From: Candidatus Magasanikiibacteriota bacterium
Lineage (GTDB): Bacteria; Patescibacteriota; Patescibacteriia; Magasanikbacterales; GWA2-37-8
Assembly (NCBI GenBank): GCA_030650025.1
Contig: JAUSEN010000016.1
Location: 9,428 to 73,427 of the forward strand
DNA length: 64,000 bases
Direction of reading: 5' to 3'
The notes beneath the pieces were generated by a model. It did not search any database. It saw only the letters and a program-made list of their open reading frames with translations, and was not told where the DNA came from. The position numbers were made by a program, and so were the translations under genes. Below are positions 35,125-45,326 of this stretch, one piece after another (within the stretch, counting starts at the first letter, position 1; every line of letters begins with the position of its first letter).

Positions 35125-35236
35125 GTCTTGGTGGCTTTAAGCGAAGGGGTCACACCCGATCCCATCCCGAACTCGGCAGTTAAGCCCTTCTGCGCTGATG
35201 ATAGCCCAAGTGGCAAAAGTAGGCCGCCGCCAGGAC
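35125..35236 (+). rRNA. 5S rRNA
   Basis: cccgatcccatcccgaactcggcagttaagc matches the 5S loop B/C consensus (cf. E. coli cccacctgaccccatgccgaactcagaagtgaaac); terminal helix gtcttggtggc / gccgccaggac. Confidence 0.8.
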
Positions 35237-35295
35237 ATTGGTTCTTTTTTTATTTGACGCTGGTTTTCTTGTGTGGTAGTGTAGTTTCATAAACT

Positions 35296-35895
35296 TTGCT
35301 TATGGTTATTAAAGAGAATGCTATAATGCCACAGAAGTCCAGAATAATAGTCATTGGAGGCACATATGGAGTAGGAAAAACCAGCGCCGCCCACCAGTTA
35401 TCGGCTGATTTAGATATTCGTCAGCGCGGCGGTCTTGATGTTATCACCGACACCATGAAGGCTTTTTTAAAAAATTCTAAGTTGGTAGCCAACCTTTCTC
35501 GGTTTGAGGACGTATCAAAACAGGCTTTAAAAAATAAATTACATCGGGAGAGCAAATTTATTAGCAAAGCGATTAATACGATTATAGGTATCGCTGACAA
35601 GACAGGCGAAAGTTTTATAATAGAAGGCGTCCAAATTTTGCCGGAGTTTTTGCCGCTAGATCGTGTCCAATACTGTGTATTGAAGGTTTCCGACAGTCGT
35701 GAGCATCAACAGCGGTTCGAGTCGCCGTCTTTAATGCGCTTCCGGCATTATAATAATGCTAACTTTGGAGTGGTAAAAAAGTTGGAAGAGGTAATTTTGA
35801 GCGCGGTTGAACAGTATAAAGCGCCGATATTCGATAATGTGGTTCCTCTTGAGCAAACAGTATTAAATATTCGTAAATATTTTAGTTTAGTTTAA
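35296..35895 (+). CDS. P-loop NTPase / small kinase-like protein
   Basis: Walker A IVIGGTYGVGKTSAAH; no further assignment possible. Confidence 0.45.
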   Translation: MLMVIKENAIMPQKSRIIVIGGTYGVGKTSAAHQLSADLDIRQRGGLDVITDTMKAFLKNSKLVANLSRFEDVSKQALKNKLHRESKFISKAINTIIGIADKTGESFIIEGVQILPEFLPLDRVQYCVLKVSDSREHQQRFESPSLMRFRHYNNANFGVVKKLEEVILSAVEQYKAPIFDNVVPLEQTVLNIRKYFSLV

Positions 35896-35928
35896 AAAAA
35901 GAGGACAAAATTTTTTTCTATTCAAGTT

Positions 35929-36585
35929 ATGTCTTCGGCCTTGGTGCAAAAAACAGCAGAATACGTAAAATTAAAACTTCATCATGAGCCATCCGGACAT
36001 GATTGGTATCATGTGAGGCGAGTTTGGCAAATGTCTCGTTTGCTACAAAAAGAAGAAGGTGGCGATTTAGAGCTAGTGGAACTGTCGGCGTTGTTACATA
36101 ATTTACGCGAACATGGCAACACGGCTTTTTATGAAGAAAAAGGGTCGCTCGCGCTTTTTGGCATGATGGATGTTTTAGGAATTGAGGAAGAGCTGAAACA
36201 AAAAATTTTACATGTGGTAGAGGATGGCAAATATCAGGGTGATGATACCAAAAAACCAATGACGATTGAGGGCATGATTCTGCAAGACGCCAACTGGCTC
36301 GATGCCTTGGGAGCGGTGGGAATTGCCCGGGCGTTCGCATCGGGCGGGTTTATTGGGAGGCCAATTTATGATCCTGATATTAAAGTTCGTAAACGAATGA
36401 ATAAGCAGTTATATCAACAAAAAAAGAAGGATACCACGAGTTTTAATTATCTATATGAAAAAGCTTTCCGAGTAGCGGAGATATTGAATACCACGACAGC
36501 CAAAAGGATAGGCGCGACCCGCATCGCATTTATGAAGAATTTTATAGAAGAATTTGTTAAAGAGTGGGAAGAAAAAGATCAGTAA
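35929..36585 (+). CDS. HD-domain phosphohydrolase
   Basis: H..HDWYHV... and downstream D residues typical of HD domains. Confidence 0.6.
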   Translation: MSSALVQKTAEYVKLKLHHEPSGHDWYHVRRVWQMSRLLQKEEGGDLELVELSALLHNLREHGNTAFYEEKGSLALFGMMDVLGIEEELKQKILHVVEDGKYQGDDTKKPMTIEGMILQDANWLDALGAVGIARAFASGGFIGRPIYDPDIKVRKRMNKQLYQQKKKDTTSFNYLYEKAFRVAEILNTTTAKRIGATRIAFMKNFIEEFVKEWEEKDQ

Positions 36586-36692
36586 AATTATATATTTCAC
36601 GCGGCTGGTCTCTTGACAAGCCGTATTTTTTTTGATACGTTCAGAATAGACGAACGGGACGTCAACCACAACCAACAACCCGGGAGGGCCAG

Positions 36693-37343
36693 ATGCGCAA
36701 AAAGCATAAAAAGCCCGAGCGGGGGCTGGTTCTGTGTTTTGACGGCCCTTCCGCCGCCGGGAAGGACCATGTGGTGAGGTACCTGCTTCGCCGCCACCCC
36801 GAATGGGTGTTCGTGCCGCGCTACACCACGCGGCCGCTGAAGCCCGGGGAGCGGAATGGGGTGGATTATCACTTCGTAGCGCCTGCCGAGTTCGCTCGTC
36901 TCAAAAAGACGGGCAGGCTCAAGGGCGTGCACCACTTTGACGGGAATTGGTACGGGGTGGATGTCCGCGAGATTGACCGCCACCTCGGCGCCAAGAAGCG
37001 CCGCACGGTGGTCGGGATCTTCGGCCGGTGCTCTCCGGCCGTACGCGAGGAGTTTGGCAAACGCGTTGGCAAACGCGCGGTGCTATTTTTCATCACCGCG
37101 TCGCCGGCAGTACTCGCCGAGCGCTTGCGTGAGCGAGGGGAGCTCACCGAGGGGCAGTTCCACACGCGCCTCGGAAATGCCGCGCGTCACATCAGTGAGG
37201 CGCAGGGGAAGTTCGACTACGTCGTGTCGACCGACCCTGATGCTCGCCCCCCGCCGCTCTTCATCGAGGCGGTGCTCCACAGCCTCGAAATCAAGCTCGG
37301 AATCAAGGTGGCGGGCCTTGATTTCAACAACAACGACGACTGA
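36693..37343 (+). CDS. gmk: guanylate kinase-like protein, compositionally foreign (high GC)
   Basis: GPSAAGKDHV (P-loop) ... TTRPLKPGERNGVDYHFV ... YGV: guanylate-kinase signature blocks. GC of about 62% against a background of about 45-50%. Confidence 0.65.
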   Translation: MRKKHKKPERGLVLCFDGPSAAGKDHVVRYLLRRHPEWVFVPRYTTRPLKPGERNGVDYHFVAPAEFARLKKTGRLKGVHHFDGNWYGVDVREIDRHLGAKKRRTVVGIFGRCSPAVREEFGKRVGKRAVLFFITASPAVLAERLRERGELTEGQFHTRLGNAARHISEAQGKFDYVVSTDPDARPPPLFIEAVLHSLEIKLGIKVAGLDFNNNDD

Positions 37344-37396
37344 TGCGTTCAGTCGTTAAGCAAGGAGGAGAACAACAGGCCGTCCTGCTGGTGTTG

Positions 37397-38008
37397 CTAA
37401 GGCAACTCCAGCAGGGAAGTACTGAATCCAGCAATAATATTTTTGATTGCCGGGTTGAGCATTTTTTCGGCTAGGATTTCTTCCCAAGAATACTCTTTAA
37501 AGTAGGCTACTTCTTGTAAATCCGGAGTCGGGGTGCCTTGGAATTCGCTATAAAATATATACCAATAGTGGTGGGGGGCGCCGCGGCGGCAAAGGTCATT
37601 TTCGGAAAGTCCTTCCCATAGTAGTTTATATTTTTCTAAAGTAAAACCAGTTTCTTGGGCAGTTTCTCGAAGCAAAGTCTGTTCGGGAGTTTCGTCTATA
37701 GTAACGTGGCCGGCAACATTGTCGATTACTTGAGGGAAGGTGCGTTTTTTCATGAGTAAAAATTTTCTGGTGGCGACATTGCGCAGTAAAACGCCAATGG
37801 TAAAATGCTGCATTTGCTCGCGATGCCAAACAGTTTTGGTGCGGTTGTCCAGGCGCAACTTTAGCCCATCGGTTTTATTGCATTGCAAACAATGAAATTG
37901 TATTTGGTCTGGCGTAATAATTTTGCGAGGGTTTGGCGCCAGGCAAAAATAGCAATAATCGCCATCGGCTAATTTGGCTAGATCTTTTTTTAGATGAATA
38001 GGATACAT
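37397..38008 (-). CDS. NUDIX hydrolase with N-terminal zinc-ribbon
   Basis: CYFC...CLQC zinc ribbon; Nudix box GHVTIDETPEQTLLRETAQETGF. Confidence 0.75.
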   Translation of the reverse strand: MYPIHLKKDLAKLADGDYCYFCLAPNPRKIITPDQIQFHCLQCNKTDGLKLRLDNRTKTVWHREQMQHFTIGVLLRNVATRKFLLMKKRTFPQVIDNVAGHVTIDETPEQTLLRETAQETGFTLEKYKLLWEGLSENDLCRRGAPHHYWYIFYSEFQGTPTPDLQEVAYFKEYSWEEILAEKMLNPAIKNIIAGFSTSLLELP

Positions 38009-38139
38009 AAGTAATTATACGTTACTCTTATTAGTTAAATAGATCAAGACTTGGCAATTTCGTAAGTTTGCGTTATAATGAATCGTCGATAGGTTTAATG
38101 GGTTTAATTGAAGCCTATTTTTTAATAAGTTGAGAATTT

Positions 38140-38676
38140 ATGAAGCAAGCTATTGCCAAAATTTACGCAAAAAACAAGCGCGAAGTTAAGATAAGTTGGG
38201 AAGAGGTGGAGAGGGCGACTTTGCGCATTGTGCATGCCATGCAGAGAGATAATTATAAGCCTGATATAATAATTTCCTTGGCGCGCTCAGGCTTAATCCC
38301 GGCCGCGATGATTAGTTATACGCTCGGCAATAAACAGTTGTATTTTATTAAAGCAGAATTAACCAAAACGCAACGCTCGGGGAAAGATCAGGATTTTTTA
38401 AGCCGTCCGGTATTAACGCAACGCATTAAGCGCAGTTTAAAAAACCATCGTCTGCTGGTGGTGGACGAAATGACAGTCTCGGGCGCGACCCTTGAACTTG
38501 TGAGCGAATATTTAAAAACTAAAAAACCAAAACAGGTAAAATACGCCGTGCTGTTTAAACAGCCCTGGTCGCATTTTAAGCCAGATTATTTTGGAAAGGT
38601 TTTGAAAGATTGGCCTCTCTACCCCTGGAAGGATTTGCGTAATAATATAAGAGATCCGCGGAGTTTGATTAAATAA
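38140..38676 (+). CDS. purine phosphoribosyltransferase-like protein
   Basis: PRPP-binding motif LLVVDEMTVSGATL. Confidence 0.65.
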   Translation: MKQAIAKIYAKNKREVKISWEEVERATLRIVHAMQRDNYKPDIIISLARSGLIPAAMISYTLGNKQLYFIKAELTKTQRSGKDQDFLSRPVLTQRIKRSLKNHRLLVVDEMTVSGATLELVSEYLKTKKPKQVKYAVLFKQPWSHFKPDYFGKVLKDWPLYPWKDLRNNIRDPRSLIK

Positions 38677-38735
38677 AAATAAAATGATATTGTATCTGTA
38701 GGGGCGGGGTTACCCCGCCCCTACGTTGTATATTT

Positions 38736-39686
38736 ATGGACCGAAATTTGGCTTTAGAATTCGTGCGGGTTACCGAAGCCGCCGCGATTGCCGCGGCTGG
38801 TTGGATTGGCCGTGGTGATGCCAAGGCCGCGGACCAAGCCGCCGTGGACGAAATGCGGGACCGGTTTAAATATGTGCCATTTCAGGGCGTTGTCGTGATT
38901 GGCGAAGGCGCTAAAGACGAAGCACCCGAGTTGTATGTTGGCGAAAAATTGGGAGACGGCACTGGTCCAGAGCTTGATATTGCCGTAGATCCGCTTGAAT
39001 GTACCGACAGTGTCGCTAATGGCCGGCCGAATGCTATGGCCGTGATCGCGACTGGCAAAAAAGGATCGTTGTTTCATGCGCCCGATACATACATGAATAA
39101 AATTGCCTGCGGCCCTCAAGCCCGCGGAGTTATTGATTTAGACGCGAGCGTGGAAGAAAATATTGGCCGCGTGGCCGAAAAATTAGAAAAATCCATCTCG
39201 GATATGGTATTAATTGCTTTGGACAGGCCTTATAATCAAGAAATAATTGAAGAAGTGCGGCGACTAGGCGCGCGTATACGATTGATTCCGGATGGCGATG
39301 TAGCGGGGGCGATTGCCACCTGCCTGCCAGATTCGGGTATTGATTTATTAATCCAAAAAGGCGCTTCAGCCGAAGGGGTACTCGCGGCCGTGGCGATTAA
39401 AGCTCTCGGTGGAGATTTCCAGGGCCGCTTGGCGCCTAAAAACGACGAGCACCTGGCGCGCGTCAAGGCCATGGGCATAACCGATGTTAATAAAAAATTA
39501 CTGCTCGAAGATTTAGCCGCGGGCGACGACCTGACATTTACCGCCACGGGCGTTATCGATGGCCCGCTTTTGAAGGGCGTGCGGTATACAAGCAATTATT
39601 GCCTAACCCATTCTGTGGTTATCCGGGCTAAAAGCGGAACCGTGCGATTTTTAGAAACGCAACATCGTTTAAAAAATAATTTTTGA
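38736..39686 (+). CDS. glpX: fructose-1,6-bisphosphatase class II
   Basis: MDRNLALEFVRVTEAAAIAAAGWIGRGDAKAADQAAVDEMR is the GlpX N-terminal signature. Confidence 0.85.
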   Translation: MDRNLALEFVRVTEAAAIAAAGWIGRGDAKAADQAAVDEMRDRFKYVPFQGVVVIGEGAKDEAPELYVGEKLGDGTGPELDIAVDPLECTDSVANGRPNAMAVIATGKKGSLFHAPDTYMNKIACGPQARGVIDLDASVEENIGRVAEKLEKSISDMVLIALDRPYNQEIIEEVRRLGARIRLIPDGDVAGAIATCLPDSGIDLLIQKGASAEGVLAAVAIKALGGDFQGRLAPKNDEHLARVKAMGITDVNKKLLLEDLAAGDDLTFTATGVIDGPLLKGVRYTSNYCLTHSVVIRAKSGTVRFLETQHRLKNNF

Positions 39687-40429
39687 TGAGTATGGCAGGT
39701 GAAAGAGACGATGTTTATCCGTTTCCACAGACAGCAGAATTTGAGATGGCGAAAAGAAAGTTTTTTTCTGATTTTGCTCTAGCGCACTTGTCTCAATTTA
39801 GAATTCATCAGAGCGGGGGAATTTTAGGAAAAGAAAATAGAGATTGGCGAAATATTTCCGAGCACTGTTTGGTAGAGGCTGTAGCGGCTGATACTATCGC
39901 CGCGGCAACTGGCGCGAATCGAGAAATTTTGGTTGCCGCGGCTCTCCTACACGACTGGTTCAAACGAAGAGAAATAGAACGGACGTGCGCTACTAATCCA
40001 GCACAAATGGGGGCGAGTTTGGCGGACATAGAAAAAGCCGATCGGGTAGCGTTAGAGAAATTTGGGGTGGCCCCGGTGGTAATTGATTTGGCCCATGCTA
40101 ACATCTTAGCGGCAGGGGACGCAGAATATCTCGGAAGCCGAACACTTGAAGAAAAAATAATGCACTGGATAGATTTGTCGACCCAAGATACTTTAGTAGT
40201 TGATTTTCGAGAACGGGTGCAAGCGGCCGAGCAAAAAGATGCTTACCGGGCATGGTCCGAGTCACTGCGTCCCCAATACGGCGGAAAAAGTCTTTCCGAA
40301 ATTGATATTGCAGTGGCTGCCCAAGAACAAGCAGAAATAGAACGTCTTTTAAATATCCCAGACGGGGCTCTCGTTACTTGGATTCGTAGTCAAATTGAAA
40401 ATAAAATTGCCAATAAATTAAAAAAATAA
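39683..40429 (+). CDS. HD-domain protein
   Basis: LLHDWFKR HD motif. Confidence 0.5.
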   Translation: MMSMAGERDDVYPFPQTAEFEMAKRKFFSDFALAHLSQFRIHQSGGILGKENRDWRNISEHCLVEAVAADTIAAATGANREILVAAALLHDWFKRREIERTCATNPAQMGASLADIEKADRVALEKFGVAPVVIDLAHANILAAGDAEYLGSRTLEEKIMHWIDLSTQDTLVVDFRERVQAAEQKDAYRAWSESLRPQYGGKSLSEIDIAVAAQEQAEIERLLNIPDGALVTWIRSQIENKIANKLKK

Positions 40430-40433
40430 AAAT

Positions 40434-40928
40434 ATGTCCGAAAAGAAAGGCCCAAGAGGTAAAATACCAGTTGAAGATAACCCTCGCAAAAAGGTAATAA
40501 ATTACTCGGTTCATGAGGGAGGAACGATAGAAGTTTCACAGATAGATTTTTCTAATCCCGCAGAAATTTTAAAATTAAAACCTAAAAATTCAGTATTACC
40601 TGACCAAACGTGGATTTTATTGGTCGGATTTAAAGGAATTGTCGGCGCCTGGGTTAAGGATTTTCGCGCCTACGCCACGGCACAAGAGCGCACCAGTTCA
40701 AAATTACCTGGCGGGGTAGTTGATCTAGGGGAAGTCGGTCAGCAATTTTTCGATCAGGCTGGCCGTGACTATAAAGTGTATGTTCGCTTAGTAAGAGATA
40801 GTGTGGTAAAAGATAGTAGTTTTTTTGATGATGTTACTAAGCTTGGACTATTCGGCCAATGGTTTGTCGGATCGGGGGTTAGCCCTAGTCGGATGAAAGA
40901 AATACTTATTGAACATGTAAACTCTTAA
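40434..40928 (+). CDS. hypothetical protein
   Basis: ORF only; sits in an operon-like run with neighbours. Confidence 0.4.
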   Translation: MSEKKGPRGKIPVEDNPRKKVINYSVHEGGTIEVSQIDFSNPAEILKLKPKNSVLPDQTWILLVGFKGIVGAWVKDFRAYATAQERTSSKLPGGVVDLGEVGQQFFDQAGRDYKVYVRLVRDSVVKDSSFFDDVTKLGLFGQWFVGSGVSPSRMKEILIEHVNS

Positions 40929-40933
40929 TTTTT

Positions 40934-42013
40934 ATGTCAAAAATCTACACAACAATTCAAGATCAACTCGGCGTTGACGCGGAAAATTTGCTTGGCTTTA
41001 CCAATCCCAAAATTTCTAAAAGTCGGCTTTCTCTGCCCAGCCCGCAGTTTATAGAAAAAGTTTTTAGTGAGTCTGATCGATCGGCAAAAGTCGCGGCCAA
41101 TCTTAAAAAAATGCGTAACCATGGCCGGCTTAAGGGTACTGGCTATGTTTCTATTTTGCCGGTGGACCAGGGCATCGAGCATTCGGCCGGCGCGAGTTTT
41201 GCTAAAAATCCTGACTATTTTGACCCGGAAAATATTGTAAAGTTAGCAGTAGAGGGTGGGTGTAATGCGATGGCCTCAACGCTCGGTGTTTTAGGCATGG
41301 TGAGCAAAAAATATGCTGCGAAGATTCCATTTATCGTAAAATTAAATCACAACGATTTTTTGCGCTACCCAAACGACTACGATCAAACCATGTTTGGCTC
41401 GGTACAACAAGCGTATGACATGGGGGCCGTGGGTGTCGGTGCCACTATATATTTTGGTTCGCTCGAATCAAAACGCCAAATTCAAGAAGTAAGCGTGGCT
41501 TTTGCCGAAGCGCATAAAAAAGGCATGTTTACAGTACTGTGGTGCTATTTGCGTAATAATGGTTTTAAGGTTAATAGCGTGGATTACCACGATTCCGCAG
41601 ATTTAACCGGCCAAGCTAATCATATCGGCGCCACGATTGAAGCTGATATTGTAAAACAAAAATTGCCAGTAAAAAATGGCGGATACAAAGCTTTGAACGA
41701 AGGCGACAAAAAGTTTGGAAAATTTAGTGAAAAAATGTATACGGATTTATGCTCCGACCACCCAATTGATCTCTGTCGCTATCAGGTTATTAATGGTTTT
41801 GCTGGCCGCGTGGGGCTGATTAATTCAGGCGGCGAGAGCGGCGGGGCATCGGACTTGGCCGAAGCGGTTAAAACCGCGGTTATTAACAAGCGCGCCGGCG
41901 GTATGGGACTTATTGTGGGGCGCAAGTCGTTCCAAAAATCTCTCAAAGAAGGTATCCAAATTTTAAATGCCGTACAAGATGTGTATTTATGTAAAGAAGT
42001 GACGGTCGCTTAA
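40934..42013 (+). CDS. class I fructose-bisphosphate aldolase, archaeal-type (DhnA family)
   Basis: [13 protein letters not shown]...FIVKLNHND...Schiff-base lysine context, typical of DhnA/FbaB. Confidence 0.7.
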   Translation: MSKIYTTIQDQLGVDAENLLGFTNPKISKSRLSLPSPQFIEKVFSESDRSAKVAANLKKMRNHGRLKGTGYVSILPVDQGIEHSAGASFAKNPDYFDPENIVKLAVEGGCNAMASTLGVLGMVSKKYAAKIPFIVKLNHNDFLRYPNDYDQTMFGSVQQAYDMGAVGVGATIYFGSLESKRQIQEVSVAFAEAHKKGMFTVLWCYLRNNGFKVNSVDYHDSADLTGQANHIGATIEADIVKQKLPVKNGGYKALNEGDKKFGKFSEKMYTDLCSDHPIDLCRYQVINGFAGRVGLINSGGESGGASDLAEAVKTAVINKRAGGMGLIVGRKSFQKSLKEGIQILNAVQDVYLCKEVTVA

Positions 42014-42014
42014 T

Positions 42015-43037
42015 ATGAAACCAATCCGTCTCGCCATCAATGGATTCGGCCGCATGGGGCGTATTTTAACCCGCGTGATTTGGAATAATTCTAATTTTGA
42101 GTTAGTGGCCGTTAATAGCCGTTCGGATGCGGATATTTATGCTCATCTTTTAAAATACGACTCTATTTATGGGCCGTGGGAACACGAAGTTGGTTTTAAA
42201 GAGAATGACGCTTTAACTGTGGATGGAAAAAAAATTAAACTATTTCATGAACAAGAGATTGGCGGATCTCTGTGGAGAGAAAGTAATGTTGATGTGGTGA
42301 TAGAATCTACTGGAGTTTTTCGCGATCGGGCTTCGAGCGAGCAGCACCTCGCGGCCGGAGCCAAGTATGTGGTGATTTCGGCCCCAGCCAAAGACGAAGA
42401 TATCACCATGATTTATGGTATTAACCACGAATTGTTTAACCCGAGCAAACATAAAATAATCTCGGCGGCCTCGTGCACCACCACTTGCTTAGCGCCAGTG
42501 GTAAAGATTTTGCATGAGAATTTTAAAATTAAACACGGCACAGTTATCACCACTCACGCCTATACCAACGACCAGCATTTGGTAGATAACCCGCACAAAG
42601 ACAAAAGTTTTCGGCGTTCTCGCGCGGCCGCGATTTCAATCGTTCCAACTTCTACCGGAGCGGCCAAAGCGATTGGCAAAGTTATCCCGGAATTAAATCA
42701 CAAATTAGATGGCAATGCTTTGCGTGTGCCGGTGACCGTGCCGTCGATTTTAAGTTTTGTAGCCGAAGTCGAGAAGCCAACCACGATGGAAGAGGTGAAT
42801 AAGGTTTTTACAGCCGCCGCGCAGAACGCTCCGGATCGGTTGGCAGTTTCGGATATTGGTCTTGTTTCGGTGGACTATATCCGCTCGCCATTTGGCGCCA
42901 CGGTGGATACGCTCTCTACCCTTGTCACTAATGGCACCCAAGTGTTCGTGCAAGCCTGGTATGACAATGAGTGGGGGTATGTAACACAGCTCGCGAAACT
43001 TGTAGAATATATGGGCAAGGAGATTATTAAAAGCTAA
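42015..43037 (+). CDS. gap: glyceraldehyde-3-phosphate dehydrogenase
   Basis: NGFGRMGR NAD-binding fold and ASCTTTCLAP active-site Cys motif. Confidence 0.9.
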   Translation: MKPIRLAINGFGRMGRILTRVIWNNSNFELVAVNSRSDADIYAHLLKYDSIYGPWEHEVGFKENDALTVDGKKIKLFHEQEIGGSLWRESNVDVVIESTGVFRDRASSEQHLAAGAKYVVISAPAKDEDITMIYGINHELFNPSKHKIISAASCTTTCLAPVVKILHENFKIKHGTVITTHAYTNDQHLVDNPHKDKSFRRSRAAAISIVPTSTGAAKAIGKVIPELNHKLDGNALRVPVTVPSILSFVAEVEKPTTMEEVNKVFTAAAQNAPDRLAVSDIGLVSVDYIRSPFGATVDTLSTLVTNGTQVFVQAWYDNEWGYVTQLAKLVEYMGKEIIKS

Positions 43038-43148
43038 TTTGTAGTAAAAAAGGCTAAGTAAAGCCAGAACAGTGGTTTATCCACAGGTAGCTGTCAGAAA
43101 AAAATTGACAGCTATTTTGTTCTATGTTATGCTTAAATTAGCAAAAAT

Positions 43149-43883
43149 ATGGATATTTCTTTTTTTAAGAAATTGGGATTTTCTGACAAAGATGCCATGG
43201 TTTATATGGCACTTTTGGCGCTGGGGCCGTCGTCAGTGCGCAATTTGGCTAAAAAGGTGGAATTAAATCGCGGAACGGTTTATGAAATTTTGAAGAGCCT
43301 TAAAGAGCAGAAGCTGGTAACTTATTACGAAAAAGAAGCTAAACAATTTTTTGTAGCCGAGGATCCTATTAAACTGGAAGAATTGCTAGCTAGGCAGGAA
43401 GGAGAGCTGAATGATGTAAAGTCTAAGCTAAAAGGCGTGGTGTCCGAATTAAAGGCGGTTTATGACAAAGGCGGAGCGCGACCGGTGGCTCGCTATTATG
43501 AAAAAGGGGAAATCAAGAAAATTTTGGAGCATGTATTAGATATTTGCGAGGTGACAGAAGAGACGCAGTACCGGGTGTATTCGGATTCGAATATAACTGA
43601 ATATTTATATGAAGGGTTTCAAAGTTTTAGTGACGCGCGCGTCGCCAAGGGTATCGCGGTAAAGGCGATCGCCAGTGGGAGCGGCGGGGCGCTCCGCGGT
43701 TTAGATGAGCGCAAGTTTTTTACTGTTAAAAGCCAGAAGCCAACGTACATATTAATTTATCCAGGGCACACGGCCTATATTTCGCTCGACTCGGCCAACG
43801 AACTGGTTGGAGTGGTGATTGAGAATGACGGTATTTTTGAAATGCAGAAAAGTATTTTTGATGAGCTTTGGAAGAATTTGTAA
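43149..43883 (+). CDS. TrmB-family transcriptional regulator
   Basis: N-terminal wHTH LGFSDKDAMVYMALLALGPSSVRNLAKKVELNRGTVYEILKSLKEQKLV plus a coiled-coil and sugar-binding-like C-terminal domain. Confidence 0.75.
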   Translation: MDISFFKKLGFSDKDAMVYMALLALGPSSVRNLAKKVELNRGTVYEILKSLKEQKLVTYYEKEAKQFFVAEDPIKLEELLARQEGELNDVKSKLKGVVSELKAVYDKGGARPVARYYEKGEIKKILEHVLDICEVTEETQYRVYSDSNITEYLYEGFQSFSDARVAKGIAVKAIASGSGGALRGLDERKFFTVKSQKPTYILIYPGHTAYISLDSANELVGVVIENDGIFEMQKSIFDELWKNL

Positions 43884-43896
43884 CATAGATTACGCA

Positions 43897-44532
43897 GATT
43901 TTATGTTTATTATAGATTTCGATGATACGTTGTTTGATACACGCCCAAAGTTTATAGAGGCGAGGTTTGCGGCGGTAGCGACGCTTGGAGTAACTCGAGA
44001 ACAATACGATATTGCGCGCAACGGATTAAATAAAAATGGCAATTATACAACTAGGCGGCATGCCTACGAAATCGCGAAATTTGATTTTGATGAAGAAAAA
44101 GTTTGTTTAGCCCTCGATTCGGTTTTGGATTCAGAAAAATTACGCAGTTTTTTATTTGCTGATGCATCATATTTTTTAGAAAGCTTAAAAAAGTTAGAGC
44201 AACCGTTAGTTCTGTTAAGCCTGGGAGACGAGGAATTTCAAGCCTGTAAAGTACAGGGGGCAGGAATAGAGAAATATTTCGATAGAATATTTTATGTAAA
44301 TGATACGAAAAAACACGTAGTGCGAGAATTGCTTAGAGCCATCTCGGACGCAAAAGTATGGTTTGTGAATGACAGAGTAGAACAAACCAAAGAGTTGGCA
44401 GAAATGTTTCCGCGCTTAGTGCCGGTACTAAAACAGTCGGCGCGAGATAGTGAGGAGGATTATAAGTTAAGTGGTATTCCATATTTTAAGACTCTGACTG
44501 AAATTTATGACTATATTAAAGCGCAATCCTAG
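43897..44532 (+). CDS. HAD-superfamily hydrolase
   Basis: Motif I FIIDFDDTLFDT. The start was chosen at the first ATG that does not overlap the upstream gene; the track ORF starts at 43819. Confidence 0.55.
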   Translation, partial: DFMFIIDFDDTLFDTRPKFIEARFAAVATLGVTREQYDIARNGLNKNGNYTTRRHAYEIAKFDFDEEKVCLALDSVLDSEKLRSFLFADASYFLESLKKLEQPLVLLSLGDEEFQACKVQGAGIEKYFDRIFYVNDTKKHVVRELLRAISDAKVWFVNDRVEQTKELAEMFPRLVPVLKQSARDSEEDYKLSGIPYFKTLTEIYDYIKAQS

Positions 44533-45280
44533 TAATGTCGCGACGGTAATATTGGCCGCAGGGGAAGGCAGGCGGATGCAAAGCGCTTTGCCCAAAGTTA
44601 TGCATGAGCTTAGTAGGAAGCCGTTGATTGAATATGTGGTAAAGGCGGCAGAAGATTCTGGCGTGGCCGGGAGTTTAGTAGTAGTAGCGAGCGCAACAGG
44701 GCAGGCAGTGCAGGATTATTTAGGAGAGCGGGTAAGTTATGTGGTGCAGTCGCAGCAGCTTGGTACCGGGCACGCGGTAGCGGCTACGGAAGATTTTTTT
44801 AAAGAGCAATCAGACGAAATAGAAAGTATGGTGGTGCTTTATGGCGACATGCCATTTATCTCGCCCCAGTCGATTAAGCGTTTGACGGGAGAGCATATTG
44901 CTAAGCGCAATGTGCTAACCGTGATGACTGCCACGGTGCCAAATTTTGAGGGTACTAACAGCCAGTTTAAAGATTTTGGTAGGATCGTAAGGAATAGTAG
45001 GGGAGAGATTGAGAAGATTGTTGAGTATAAAGACGCGAGCGTGGCAGAAAAAAATATTGGTGAGGTAAATACTGGATTTTTCTGTTTTGACGCGCCGTGG
45101 CTTTGGTCGCATCTAAAGTTAATTAGGAACTCCAATGACCAGGGCGAATATTATTTGACGGATTTAGTGGGGCTCGCGATTCAAGGCGGGTATCCCATTA
45201 GCACAGTTTTGGTGGAAGTTAGCGAAGCGATTGGGGTTAATACCAAAGAGCAGTTAGAAAGATTGCATGTTATTAATTAA
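44507..45280 (+). CDS. sugar-1-phosphate nucleotidyltransferase (GlmU N-terminal-domain-like, no acetyltransferase domain)
   Basis: VILAAGEGRRMQSALPKVMHEL... nucleotidyltransferase fold; the left-handed beta-helix is absent. Confidence 0.7.
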   Translation: MTILKRNPSNVATVILAAGEGRRMQSALPKVMHELSRKPLIEYVVKAAEDSGVAGSLVVVASATGQAVQDYLGERVSYVVQSQQLGTGHAVAATEDFFKEQSDEIESMVVLYGDMPFISPQSIKRLTGEHIAKRNVLTVMTATVPNFEGTNSQFKDFGRIVRNSRGEIEKIVEYKDASVAEKNIGEVNTGFFCFDAPWLWSHLKLIRNSNDQGEYYLTDLVGLAIQGGYPISTVLVEVSEAIGVNTKEQLERLHVIN

Positions 45281-45287
45281 GTAAATT

Positions 45288-45326
45288 CGCTCCACGCGAG
45301 TGGAGTGATTTTCTGAGGAAAATCAT
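45288..45326 (+). promoter_or_regulatory. leader module: hairpin ctccac-GCGA-gtggag + palindrome TGATTTT-ctgagg-AAAATCA abutting the glmS start codon
   Basis: It begins 8 nt after the upstream stop codon and ends at CATATG. Confidence 0.6.
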
